From assembly GCA_013265495.1 (NCBI GenBank), contig MU061578.1, positions 195,308 to 259,307 on the forward strand: a stretch of DNA of 64,000 bases, written 5' to 3'. The stretch is from Vicugna vicugna (Eukaryota). Of this stretch, positions 1 to 12,420 are shown piece after piece. The notes under the pieces were generated by a model. The model ran no database searches. It saw only the letters and a program-made list of their open reading frames with translations, and had not been told where the DNA came from. The position numbers and the translations under genes were made by a program. Numbering within the stretch: position 1 is the stretch's first letter; each line of letters begins with the position of its first letter.

Positions 1-109
1 TTCTTGCAAGGATTATATGAAGTAATTGATGTCATCACCCAGCCCAATAAATAGTTCATGATGGTTCCTGAACTTACTGGGCTTCCCTCCAGAGGCATAT
101 ATTTTGTTT

Positions 110-330
110 AGCACTTACATCATGTTTACTAGGTGTTAGACATATTACAGGTATTAATCAACCCACTCTAGGCTCATACCAACCCTTGGAAGTAGGTATT
201 GAAGTTGTCTTTGCTTTACAAATGAGGAAACTGAAGAACAAAATGTTGAGTCATTTATGTACAGCTAGTAAGTAGCAGAGCTGAGGCTTGAATCCAGACA
301 GACTGATTTCTTGACTTGGAGCTCATAATC
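110..330 (-). mobile_element. MIR SINE
   Basis: Reverse MIR core 'tttacaaatgaggaaactgaag' followed by 'agctagtaagtagcagagctgaggcttgaatccag'. Confidence 0.85.
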
Positions 331-879
331 ACTCTGCTAGGGCACCTTGATGAGTTATGCTGCCTTACACGGTACTGGGGAAGCTTTTTGAGAGGGATCC
401 TCAAAGGAAACTGAATGAGATATTCTTGGGGTTTAGCTCCATGGATGTTCCAATTTCTAGGCAGCAACCCATAGTTTAATGGTAGCATGATGACCAGAGA
501 TGTCGAAATGCTCTAGCCAATACCACTTGGACCCCCTGTATCTTCCCATTTCAACATTTTCTGAATGACTTTGAGCTGCATCTCTGCCTCTTGGCATTTT
601 TTGGAAAGCCTTTCTGCTCACGTGCAAGGCAGGTTGAATGTGCCAGGGAATTAACACCTCCAGGAACAGCCCTTGCCCAATGCCTGATGGGAGCAGGTGT
701 GTATATAACTCAGCTCCCCAACACCAAGGCACATGTTTTACACCTTTCTCCAAAGTTTTCATTGCAGGGTTAAACTTCAGTCGCCCACTGTGGAAATTGC
801 ATTGTTAATGTACTTTTATTGGTTGCCTTCTTTCCCCTGTATAATTTCTCCATTTCCTTTCAGGGTTCCATGAACTTTC

Positions 880-898
880 AAAAAAAAAAAAAAAAAAA
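880..898 (+). repeat. poly(A) run
   Basis: Uninterrupted A homopolymer, no associated retroelement body recognised. Confidence 0.95.
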
Positions 899-2934
899 CA
901 ACAATTGCACTCACATTCCTGTCTCAGGGGTCTGCTTCTAGGGGAACCCAAACAAAGACATGCTCCAATTCTGCCCCGACGCTCAGTCTTGCTCTCCCAA
1001 GGATTCCTGAGTAAGGGAAGTACAGTATGAGCAAAAAGCAACAGCTAAATGGGAAAGAAAGAACCACTTTTTAAATAGCTGGGTAAGCATCCAATACCCC
1101 CCCAGTGCATGGCAGTAAAATGCTAGATGGGGAATGTGGATTAAGCCTGGAGGAGGGTTCGCTGAGGTCCCCTGCTTGCTATATCCTGTCAGGATGTGCT
1201 GACAATGGGGGTGGAAAACCCGAGGGAGATCTGCTCAAGGATGCAGACCTTTAAGGCACAATGACTACATCCAATAGTGAACCTGGCTCAGCGGAGGCAC
1301 AGGGCTCCGAGCAATCAAATTAGCAATTGCTCCTGTCTTAGGGGAGCCAGCTGGGGGTGTGAGCAGAGGGTCTGAGAGTGGGTGGAGAAAGATGAATGTC
1401 CCCATCCCCTAAAGGGGCTGAGGATTTGAGGTGGGTGCTCACACCTGCCTGGGTTTGTCTTCTTCCTTTGTTCTTCTTCAGTGTCATGTGGTCATTGATT
1501 TGCCCAGTGAGATGCTGAGTTCATTTTCTCTAACAGCATTTCTTTGCATTTTCTTGGGTGTGATTAGAAAGGAGTTCAATAGTAGTCCTAGGATTTATGC
1601 AATTTGGTCTCTCTTGCACAGGTATTTCTAGCATTTGTGGGTTTTTTTTCACATTGTGGGTTGGTTCTGTATGTTATAAGTTGTGAAGAAGCCACAGAAT
1701 AGAAAAGATGGTCATGATGACAATAGTGACAATGACGACAGAGAAATGGCAAAGGACTTGCATTTGTCGCCTGCTCACTCTGTCCCAGGCAGCAGGCAGA
1801 GTGCTTTGTGTGTAGCTCATGAATACCCACAGCAAGTCTGTAAGATCGGTCAGACTGTCTTCACTGTGTAGATGAAAAAGCTCTTCTCCTTAGGTAAAGA
1901 GGCTAAATAAGTTGCTTACTGTCCCAAGGTTCATTGAACAAGGCTCCTGGAATGGTCAGGAATATGTCCAGGCTTTTCCTTGATAACATTCTTGATTACG
2001 GAGACTTCAGGTACAAGGGGCTGGGAGATGCTGCAGTATGGGTGGGCAGCTGGTCGAAGAGCCGTATGGACGTGTGAAAAGTTGCCTTTGTGATATGGCT
2101 TGAGTTTTTCGTCACATTCTACCTTAATGAGACAGTTTATAAAGAAACATCATGGTTCTGTTATTCTCCCCACCATGAATTCCATGAATGCCATGGCTCA
2201 TTGTGCTGGGCTCTTCCCCTCTGTTTGCAGGCTGAAACCTGGAATATTGCAATGCAAGGAGGACTAGGGACTGGTAGCAATTAAAACCAGCAAACCATCT
2301 GTGGAGGAACTGGGGCTGGAGCTGAATTCTCCCATTTATCAACGTCTTCACCAAGGAGCCCTGGTTTCCCCTCGTCACCCAGACAGCTCCCCGAGCCATT
2401 TCAGTCCCCATCATGGTGGCTTGCTGAGCCCTGGATGCTGATTAAAAACCTGGTGAGTAACGGAGAACAACACACATCTCTATTCCTCAGGTAGATCTAA
2501 GCCAGTTAATAACCTTCTTTAAAGCGAAAGCAAATCAAGTCCTATTTTAAACATTTTATTGACAAGCACAAAAAGGTTGCTGTCTGTGGCCCAGGTAAAT
2601 TTATCACTTGGTTTTGTTACTTGTTTCTGACTCATGCAACAGACAAGAGCATTTAAATCATCCAGAGCCTCCCATTGTTACAAGACAAGGGGAAACGCTG
2701 GAGCAGGGAAAATAAGATGAAAGGGAGAGAACTGGTATTTCTTGAGTTCCTACCACAGGACCAAGACCCTGGGACCTTTCCCTACACTGACTCCTCTAAT
2801 GCTCAGATAGTCCTTCACAGTGGTATTGTTTCATTCCTGTGTTACTGTTGGGGACATTGAAAGATAAGGCATGAGACACCTCGCTCCAAATTGTATGGCA
2901 GGGGTGGAGCAGAGATTCAAAACTTCACCTGATA

Positions 2935-3345
2935 TTTGTCTTCACAGGGTCCCAAGGCAAAACAGGTGACATGTGCAAGTTGGTGGGGGGGGGCAGGTCC
3001 CAGGAGATTTAGTTAAGGGACTACTTCCATAACTGACAGTGAGGTTTAGGGAACCCCAGTGATGGTGCTGTAGTCCAGAGCTAGGAACAGTGGAACTGTT
3101 ACCAGTCCTAAATCTGGAAGGCAGGGGAAGGGGGCAGTTACTGGAACGTGTCATGTAGCATAGGCTGTTCTGAGAGGAAAAGTGATTTTCATTCAAAGGG
3201 CAGAGCCAGCCCAATGTGATTTCCCACAGAAAGAGCCAGGATAGGAGCGCTGTCGGCTGACCCATCCAGAACAGGGGTCCCACTGATGTGGTTCACTCCA
3301 CTCAGCTTCCCAGTGCAGGGCAGGGTGGACAAGGGGCTAGCATAC
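2935..3345 (-). mobile_element. ERVL LTR, LTR33-like
   Basis: 'aagggactactt...tagggaacc...ctgttacca...ggggcagttactggaac...cagggtgga' matches my recall of reverse LTR33; related copy at 26420-26885. Confidence 0.65.
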
Positions 3346-4019
3346 TGCCTCACTCTTCAGTTCCAGCAGATCCCTCAGAATATATTTTTCCTTCCAGAAG
3401 GCAATAGCCTTCAAGTTGTACCAGCAAAAATCACTCTCCTAAAGAAAGCTGATAAATATCAAAGCATTCTTCCTTACATGCAACTGAAATAATATGAAAG
3501 CACATTTCTTAGATTTTGGCCATGACCTAGAACCTATAAAGAGCCCATCTCAAGTAACATGCTATATTCATAAAGATATCCACCCAGCAGTGGGGCGGAA
3601 ACACACGGGCTAACAGCTGAACGGGCCATTAAAACTCACCTCTTCTATTATTTAATATATCTCCACAACACCCTGGGGCAGGCAAGGGAGAGTTTCTATA
3701 AACTGTGTCTACTTTACAAGTAGGTCTTCAGAAGAGGAAATAAATGCCACTCTTCCTCTTCAAAGGAGAGTCATCTTGCAGTATTAGGTCAGCTGTGTTG
3801 CTGATCAGATGGCTTTGGAAGCGCTTTGCTAGTAGTGCAAGGGGATTTGGGATGAGAAAAACCCTCAGAATTCCTCTGTTGCCCTCTACCACACTGCTGC
3901 TTCTCTTTCTTCCACCCTTTAATAACACATATCCCAGGATAATGGCCTGACTCTTTGTTTCATGATAAGGAACCTAGAATTCAGAGCATCAGTGAGAGAA
4001 ACAGTGTTTTGCACCTAAA

Positions 4020-4700
4020 ATCAGCATTCTGAGTATCTCCTGTGTGCCCAGCCCTGGGCTAGGTTTTGTAGATGCAGAAATGAACCCGACATTGTTTATG
4101 CATTTACAGAGATCATGGGCTAATGATGGAAGGAGACTTCTGTAAACGACAAACAAATAGGCTATGGATGTGGTATGATAAAATGCTCTGGGAATATGGA
4201 GCAGGGAGCAACTGCATTTGTCCTGGATGGTTAGGGAAGTTACATGGTTCAGGCGATACTGAGCTTGGGAGGAGGAATTCCTGAGGCAGATACTGAGAAG
4301 GGGTAGGGTAGACACGAACAGAGACAGAGATATGGCATTAAAGACAAGCAAGGAAGCAGCCAGTCAAAAGATGTGTCTGGAGAAAGGATGTGCAGAGTAG
4401 AATTCGAAATAGGAGCCATGTCTCAAAAGCTTATTAAGGTTAGATTTTGAATGGCATTGATGCTATGCCAATCGTTACAGCCTTTGGGCAGTAGGGAATT
4501 ATGCAAAGATTTTAAACAGGGAAGTGATAGAGTTAGATCTGTTTTAGAGAGATCACTTTGGCATTATTGCTTAGGGCAGGTTGGAAGGGAAATGAAGTTA
4601 GTTAGGCGATGCTACATCAGAATGAAGCAGGCTGAGACTAGATCGTGAAAGGTCCTGAATGCCAGTGCAGGGATGTCAGACTCTATTTCTCTCCAGGAAG
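4020..4700 (-). mobile_element. L2 LINE 3' fragment
   Basis: 'tgagtatctcctgtgtgcccagccctgggctagg' (reverse L2 tail) and 'gattttaaacagggaagtgatagagttagatctgttttagagagatcact'. Confidence 0.8.
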
Positions 4701-4736
4701 TTGGGGATCAATGACGGATTTCAAGGGGGTCCATGA

Positions 4737-5374
4737 TGTCACAGCCAATGTGGCAACCCATTCAGATGTGCTTTACTGGGGCAGTGCATCCACCCACAGT
4801 GAATGGTAAAAGATGTACCTAGTGCTGTGCTGGTAACTGGTAATAACCCATTTTCAGAGGGAAGAAATAAATCCATGATTTGTAGCTTTGGCCAATTTGC
4901 ATGTGTAAATATTCCCACCATAGCCGATTCCAAACTGCGAAAGTGATGCCACCAAGTGCAGCGCTGGAATGAAATACACCTAGATGGGTTCTGTGAGTGA
5001 CTCAGAGCTGGTTCCTGCACATCCCTGGAGAACTCGTCCTTGTGGAGAACTGCCCTTGCCCAATGTCTGCTGCCTTTCCTAAAAACTCCGGGGAAAAAGG
5101 CACATAGCCAATGACTCAGTATAGTGGGATGCAGAAGTTCCCCTTCTTTGCTTCACGGTGGGACCATTCTCTGGTCATGAACACACTCTAGAGCCCCTTA
5201 TGGGATCAGCCTGAGCCTATGCTTCAGTTGAACCCATTTCTTCACTTAAGTTCTTCCCCTACCCAACTCTGCTTCATTTCTTTTCAAGTTGTCTCAAGAG
5301 ATCGCCACCCATAAGTCACTTACACAAAGACTCCCCACCTCAGAGTCTGCTGTGAGAGAGCCCAACCACAGACC
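4737..5374 (+). mobile_element. ERVL LTR16-like solo LTR interrupted by a MER63-like element
   Basis: TG start; 'gagaactgcccttgccc', 'ccaatgact', 'agagccccttatgggatcagcctgag' and 3' end 'ctcagagtctgct...cccaaccacagac'. Confidence 0.7.
4820..5027 (-). mobile_element. hAT-Blackjack MER63-like DNA transposon
   Basis: Degenerate TIRs 'tagtgctgtgctgg' / 'cctgcacatccctg'; internal 'gtgtaaatattcccaccatagccgatt'. Confidence 0.75.
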
Positions 5375-5379
5375 TCAAC

Positions 5380-5505
5380 TCTAGGAAGTGCATGCAAAAT
5401 CTCACGTGTGCTCTCCTACGTGTGTCCATGTCTGGGAGAAAGTCAGTGGCTTTCACCAGATTCTTCAGGGAGTTTATGATCCAGAAAAGGTTTGAAACCT
5501 CTGCT
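5380..5505. mobile_element. hAT-Charlie-type DNA transposon end
   Basis: 'gctttcaccagattcttcagggagtttatgatccagaaaaggtttgaaacctctg' resembles Charlie termini. Confidence 0.5.
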
Positions 5506-6505
5506 GTAGGTGATAGCGTACACTTCGCTTCTAGACTGTGATTGACCCTCAGTGAGACTGAGTGAAGAGGGTTCCTACTTACAAGAACCACCTGTGGAGG
5601 GCAAGTTTAATTGCTTGTAATCCCAGCCCAACACCTCGAAAGGTCCAGGAGTACAGAGAGAGATGTCTGAATTTACAGAGATGCCTTTGGAAGGGAAGGG
5701 GAAATCACAGTTCCAGGCAAGGCAGATGGTATTATGCCGCCCTTTTTAAGTCTTAATCAAATGCAAGTAAAAGCATTTTCAAAAGCAGGAGTAATTGGTG
5801 GTCGAACAAAGCTTCCTTTTAAACCATGAATATTTTCCTGCACCCAGGGACTGATGACAGGTGTTCCTTGTTCCAGGCTTGCCTACCATAGCTACTTAAA
5901 GCTGCAACATCCATTCTTCAACACTATCTAGCCGAGGCATGAAACGTGACGTGAACTTGGGGCAGGTCCCTAGTGAATCTTCAGTTGTTTTCGGAATCGG
6001 TAACGTCACAAGGTTGATCAAGGAGACTGGGATGCTAGCTGCTTTGCACAAGTCCACACACATGCACACACACACCATACCACAGTAGACACTCATGTTC
6101 GCCCTATGCCCACATCCTCACATCCAACTCCGTCTTGAACATCACTCACCACACACAAGCACTCACATTACACACTCACTTCTCTCAAAGATTTCTCCCC
6201 CTGCCTTTGTCTCTCCTTCATGTTTTCCCCTCCCCTCACCTCTCCTGCCAACTCTTCTCACAAACCTACAAACCCCTCTCACACCTTCCGCACACCCTCA
6301 CCATCCCCAACACAATCACACCTCTTTCCAGAAGGAATGGTTCATGGAATCTTAACCTTAGTAAAAACTTCACAGTGAAAGATCTGCTCTCCTGGCTCCG
6401 TAAATTCTTTTCCTCTCTCTTTTCGACTCTCTTTGTAATTCAGCGGTGTTCCTGATGAGATTTTTGGGTACTTCTGCACATCCTTTATTGGTTATCTTGA
6501 CCGTT

Positions 6506-6715
6506 CAGTATGGCATATTGGTTAAAAACACCTGGTTCAGCCAGCTGGGATCAGCACCCTTTAAAGGCTGCCTCACCTTGGGTCAGTTACCCCTCTCCAA
6601 CCTTCACTTTGCTAATCTGTGAAATGGAGACACCAAAAGTATCTGTCTTTTAGGATTAAGATCAAGTGAGTAGGACAACGTAAAGCCCTTAACTCAGCTC
6701 CAGGTAAATAACAAA
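6506..6715 (+). mobile_element. MIR SINE
   Basis: 'accttgggtcagttac...ctaatctgtgaaatggag...gtaaagcccttaac'. Confidence 0.7.
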
Positions 6716-7153
6716 AGGTGGCGAGAAGTTAGCCTCTGATGCTACTAAGTGAAGCCTGGCACTGGAAAGCAGGTTTCCATGAAAACTAAAGTCCGGCCAC
6801 AGGCCTGGACTTGTGGATTCAACCAAGGAAAGGCCTTATGTTTTCCATTCAGATCAGTCTCTGTGCAGTGGGTCCCTGCGAGCAGAACACGGCAGTGTGC
6901 CAGCGGGGAGGCTGAACTGAGTCTCTGCAGCAACAAATGAAGGCTTGGAGGAATTTGACAAACTCATTTTTAGAGCCCGGGGGTCAAACACAGCAGAAGT
7001 TGGTGCCAGATGATTTGGACAAGAAGGTCAGCCCTGTGGGGAACTTTTGCTAAACGCACTTAGTATATGCATTTGCACCCAAATGCCTTGGGTGAAGTTG
7101 AGTTTGGGATTCTGGGGAAAGCATTTTGTGTGTTTGAAGGGTGTGGGGAGGAA

Positions 7154-7650
7154 AGACAAAGAGCCTCTCCTTGACCATACTAGTCAGGCTCCTCTGAACT
7201 CTCTTCTCAACGAGGCCCTGACTTTGGGGCTTCTGTGTTCATCTCTGCACTGAACAGTTTTAACAAGAATCCTGCTGAGTCAGTTTAGCCAGAAACCCGA
7301 CCCTCAATATCTGATCCCCCTGAAGCCTGACCAAATCCTTCACCCTCCACTGTCCCCCAGGTGATGTCTGCTCACCGCTGCCTGCCTTCAGCAAGAATCC
7401 TGCTAGGCTAGTTTAGCCAGAACCCCCACTTACACTCCGTGTTTCCTCTTAATAATTTTCCATTCAGTGACACGTGCCCCCTCCACCCCGCTCCTTGGCT
7501 ATAAATCCTCACTCGTCCATGTTGCATTCAAAGTTGAGCCCAATCTCTCTCCCCCACTGCAAAACCCCATCTCGGTGGCCCCTTCACCTCTCACGATAGA
7601 CCCTCTGAATGAAATCTGCCAGAAGTTCTTTAACAAGTATCATGAATCAA
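7154..7650 (+). mobile_element. ERV1 solo LTR, MER31-like
   Basis: Start 'gacaaagagcctctccttgacca', internal direct repeat 'caagaatcctgct...agtttagccagaa' twice, TATA 'tataaa' at 7500-7505, 'gttgagcccaatctctctcccc'. Confidence 0.8.
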
Positions 7651-8444
7651 TCCCGTGGGAAGATGGTCGCTGCTTGTCTCCTGGGAAAGGGAACACTCTG
7701 ACCATCACATTGCAAGACAATCTGAGCCTTTGTGAGGGTGGAGGTGGGTCATTCATGATTAAACCTTCTTGATTTTCTTCACCAGTAATAGTAAAAGCTA
7801 CCTCCCTTAACTGGGTGCCAACTGTGTTCTAGGGACTGTGCTGAACAAATGCTCCATGAGCCCTTGTAGCCATGCTGGGAGGCAGACATGCTTAATACTC
7901 CTGCTGGGAGGACAAGGGTACAGAGGCTAAGATGAGGTCAACTGCCTCTCCTGGGTCAGACGTTAGTATGTGACAAAGTGGGTTATCTGGAGCCATAAAT
8001 ACTTATGGAAACTTGAGCTGAAGGGATTGGTGGACAAGAGGCAGAAGGTCAAAGGGGACACACAGCAGTGTCTTTGGTTGCCAGACTTGCGGGGTCGTCT
8101 CTCCTGACCCCTGACCTCCTTCTCTCAGCACCCGGCTGACCTCCCTTGCACCCATGGACGGGTTTCGGGACAGCCTGCTCTGTTACAGCTCTTCCTGCTC
8201 TGCCATCCTGCTTCTTTAAGAAAGACAGGGAACAGCTTCGTGTGTCGTGGCTCCGCGGACTCATCCATCCCGTTTCCTCTTCAAACACATGGGGGAGCGC
8301 CTGGCATCAGCACTTAGAGCACCTGCTCCGCGCGCCTTCCAGGCCCGGCCTTTTGGACACCAGCCCCTGCTCTCTCGTGTCTTAGGACTCAGCTTCCAGC
8401 CCCTCTGTGTCTTCCCCCAGGAACAAGTTCAGCCGACAAGGACA

Positions 8445-8630
8445 GAGCTTGGATGACCAGGTTTCAATCTCAGCTCTTATACTGATTGCCTGTGACTGGA
8501 CAAGTCCCATCAACAATCTCAGCCCTTAGTTTTCAGTCTGTAAAATGGAATAATCACAATAAACAGTAGGAGTGCCTACCGGTTTCTGGGGTATCCTAAG
8601 TGGGAAATGATTGTTATATGCAAACGGCAT
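8445..8630 (+). mobile_element. MIR SINE
   Basis: 'ccaggtttcaatctcagctct...tgtgact...gtctgtaaaatggaataat'. Confidence 0.7.
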
Positions 8631-9900
8631 TTTCAGTCATAATTTCACCTGACTTAGTAGCAGAAATAGCAACATAAAGGTCTTTACCCTGAAAGGATGG
8701 CTGCTCCATGGTCTGCCTTCTGGCCAGCAGGCTGGGGCTCTGAGGGCTGCTCAGCAAGGCTGCAGGAGATAATGGGCGACTCCACTGGCCGTGGAGGAGG
8801 CTGAGGCCCATGAGTTTAGTGGGGATTGTTCAAGACACCCCCAGAAAATTGGTGGGAAAGCTGTGGGTCCAGATCCAGGACTCTTCCTACATCTCACAGG
8901 GGGTTTCCAGGAGCACTGAACAACTGGGCTGTGATTACAATAACAAAAATAACCATTGCAATTGCACACTGCAGCCTTATTCTCTTCTACCCCTCTCTTT
9001 TGGGAACAAACATTTCCTACATGTCAATGTAGAAACGTCTACTATTTTTATGTTTGCATGTGTGATCTCAACTACTCACCACAGCTCTGGGGAGTAGGAA
9101 CTGTGATCATCTCCATTCTGCTCAGAGAGGCTAAGAACTGGTCCAAGATTACAAGACTAGGAAGTGATTGAGTAGGGAGGCCATCCAAGGTCATTTGAGT
9201 TCCACATCCATCTAATAGGAAAAACTTCAGGTGACTTAGCTCTGGGGTGTGGATGGACCTGACCTAATTGAAGGAGAAAACTCCACGGATGCCAGAGGCT
9301 TTCTTTAATCTTCTTCCCCGTACACTAGTTTTTCTATCAGTGGCTTTGCTTGGGATAATTCTAGCCAGAGACTGGCATGTCCCTCTGTGCTGACCTGGCC
9401 CACAGTCATCGCATTCTCTTTCCTGTCGTGTACAGCTTGAGTGATAGACTCCCAGGCCTCTGGTGTGATTCTTTCTGACACTCTTCTAAAACTGCACTGA
9501 AAACAGTTCTCCTTATCTGCCTCAGTTCTTCCTCTATTTCAACCTTTGAGCCTCCAACTCTTACTCTCTTTTCTTTTTTGGGTGTGGAGGGGCAGGGGTG
9601 AGGACCTAATAGTTCCTGTTTACTTGTCTCCCCTGCCAGTCTCCAGAACTTGATCATTCTCAATCAATGACATACTGTTATCATCAGATTTTGCACTGTT
9701 CCTATTGCATTATTCACCCCTTTACTGATCATCCCCACCTCCTCTCCCTCCCCCAATTGGTCGGCACTCTGTGTACTGTCTTAATGGATGATTTCCCACT
9801 CTACTGTCCCTATGTTTCTTTAGAAATGTGTGCATCAGTGGGTTTTGCTTGGAGCAGGTGTATTTGAAATTTTGCATAAATGGCATCGTGTTTTAATTCT

Positions 9901-9971
9901 TTTCTTTCTTTTTTTTTCTGTTGAACTTTGGTCAATTTACAATGTTGTGTTAGGGTCTGGTATACAGCATA
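9901..9971 (-). mobile_element. Very short, 5'-truncated younger L1 3' end
   Basis: T-rich tail then 'atttacaatgttgtgttag..tctggtatacagca'; 'taattct' repeated on both sides. Confidence 0.65.
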
Positions 9972-10117
9972 TTAATTCTCCTTTTCTGATTGGCTCAGTG
10001 TTGTAATCTGAGATCCATCCTTGTTATATGTAAATTGACATCATACTTCTGAATGTTTCACAGTGTTCCATAGTCTCTCATACCAGATTTGTCTATTCCC
10101 TCAGTGGTGGACATCTA

Positions 10118-10527
10118 ATGATTAAAGGAGTGATACAAGATGAGGATATTACACTTGTTAATATATATGCACCCAATGTAGGAGCATCTAAGTACATAAA
10201 ACAATTACTAACAGAGACCAAGGGGGATATTGATGGGAATACAATCATAGTTGGAGCTTTTAACACCGCATTAACATCACTAGACAGATCTTCCAGACAG
10301 AAAATAAATAAGGCAACAGAGAAATTAAATAATACAATAGAAAAATTAGATTTGGTGGATATTTTCAGAGCATTACACCCTGCGAAATAGGATATACATT
10401 CTTTTCAAGAGCACATGGAACATTTTCTAGGATTGATCATGTACTTGGGCACAAAAGAAACCTCAACAATTTTAAGAAGATAGAAATTATCTCAAGCATC
10501 TTTACTGACCACAATGCCAGGAAACTA
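10118..10527 (+). mobile_element. LINE-1 ORF2 endonuclease-domain fragment (frameshifted, non-functional)
   Basis: ORF MIKG..EDITLVNIYAPN..IIVGAFNT..LDRSSRQKIN..DLVDIFRALHP; after a frameshift near 10388 it reads YTFFSRAHGTFSRIDHVLGHK..IFTDHN, all L1 EN motifs. Confidence 0.95.
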
Positions 10528-12199
10528 GGTTTCTTCCAATCACTGCTACCACAAGCAAAGCTGGATTGACTGTCCTCCTATGCGTTTCTTTATGGACCCT
10601 TGTGAGAGTTTCTCTAGAATACATATACAAGATTGGGTTTGCTGGATTATAGGCATTAATGCCTAATTACTCTAACACTGCCGGTTTGGAGAACTGCAAG
10701 AGTTTATACTGCCATTGGTGACACAGCAAGAGTGGCAATTTCCCCACAGAGAATACTCTCCCCGGGTAGCATTTTTGCCCATCTGAAGGGTATAAAGTGC
10801 CAGCTCATTGTTGCTTTCACTTTTATTTCTCTTAATACTGAGAGTTTTTTAGTCAATTTCTTTTCTCCTTCTGTGATATTGCAAATATCTTCTGCCAGCC
10901 TGCCAGCTGCCAAAGGTATCCTTCTGTTGAAAATACTTCTTAAATTTGTCATAAAGTAAACAAATCCAATAATGCCCCCACCCAAAGTTTGTGCTTTTGA
11001 GGTTCCATCTAAGAAATCACTCTATACCCTGAGGTCACAAAGCTGTTTACACTTTTCTTTTGTTTAAATAGGAAAGGCATACCTTTCATGTATTTGGAGC
11101 TTGCTTTTGTGGATGGTAGAGATTCAACACTCTCTATAGATAGATTTATTATATATGTAACAATTGCCAAACATCCTAAGTATTTATAAAATAATCCATT
11201 ATTTTCCAAAGATTTGTGATTCTACTTCCACTCTAGGTCAGATTCTCTCTCTCTCTCTTCGTCTCTGGCTTATACTATCTGTTTTGTTCCATTGGCCTAT
11301 ATGCTTTTGTGCCAGTACCATCTTGTTTTTTATTACTACTGCTTTGTAAGATGTCGTAATTACAAGTTGGGTGAATCACCCTCTCTCCTCTCTCCTTTTT
11401 AACCTCCCAAAGGTCTTCAGCTATTTTCAAAGCTTCATTCTTATATACATATTTTAAGCCGGTTTGCCAAGTTTCTTACAAAGTCGTGTTGTGAGAAAGT
11501 CTGACCCACCGGGTTGGTAGGAGGGCTGAATGAGATAATGGATTAAAAAGGGCTTTTCAAACTGCTAAAAAGTTTAGAAAAGTTAGTGGAGATAAAGAAG
11601 GGATTTGGGGTCAGCCAGATGTGAACTGAAGTCCCTTGAAACCTGGATCAATCATTGAACTTCTGTTTCTCAGTGTCTTTATCTATATGACTGAGACTGA
11701 TAGTAAGCCGCTCCCGGGCTTGCGTGTGTGTGTGGATGGCAGGGATATAGGGGGGCCACAGCCTGGTGCATGGCAGGGATGGGGGACTTGGTGATGGGAG
11801 TGAGAGTATCATTAGGGATGGGAGGAAGATGAGGACGCTGAGCCAGGCTTCACACAAAGGATTGGGGCTGCTGTCGACACAGGACAGGCTGCCAGGTTAA
11901 TGAGATCATTCATCAACATTATGTTCAAGGCCATGATGGATTTACCCAGATCCCCTGCCTGAATCTTCTGGGGGAAAGGACATTAATGGTGACATCTGTG
12001 AGCACAGGGATGTGTGTCAGGCTCCTGGAGTGGTGATGGGGAGAGGACTTGCCTCTTTCCCTCAAACTCTTTCTGCATCAACATCTTAAACTCAGCAAGG
12101 CCTGGTGGGACCTGCTGGGTTATTACTTATCTGCCCTAGAATCAGCCAGCTGTGGGAGAAGTGTCTGATGTTAAATGCTCAAACAATGCTAGGAGGCAA

Positions 12200-12420
12200 A
12201 AAGGTAAAGTGGAAAGAGCATCAGGTTTGGAGGCAAAACCAAGTAGGTCTGGGCCTGAGCTCTACTTTATGGTCAGCTGTGTGACCTTGGGCAAGTCATT
12301 TTGCCTAGTAATTGTATCCACCTTGTAGGATGGTTGAGAGGATCATGTGATATGATGAATTCCAAGGAAAATGACAGATAGTAATGTGTTACAGAGACGT
12401 AAGGCACTGCAATCATTTTA
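12200..12420 (+). mobile_element. MIR SINE
   Basis: 'cagctgtgtgaccttgggcaagtcattt' core. Confidence 0.85.

Larger units (their letters stand above)
9660..11500 (-). mobile_element. Old L1M (L1ME/MD-like) fragment hosting younger insertions
   Basis: Reverse L1M 3' motifs 'ttttgcataaatggcatc', 'tgagatccatcc', 'gtggacatct(a)ggtttcttcca', 'ctgttttgttccattggcctatatg...tgtgccagtacca'. Confidence 0.75.

Noticed and set aside
6055..6325. CA/CT-rich low-complexity tract giving His/Thr/Pro-rich ORFs
   Set aside because: Degenerate simple repeat, not coding.
7264..7422. Two ~30-bp direct repeats with a spacer (CRISPR-like at a glance)
   Set aside because: Only two copies, internal to an ERV1 LTR in a mammalian genome, with no cas genes.
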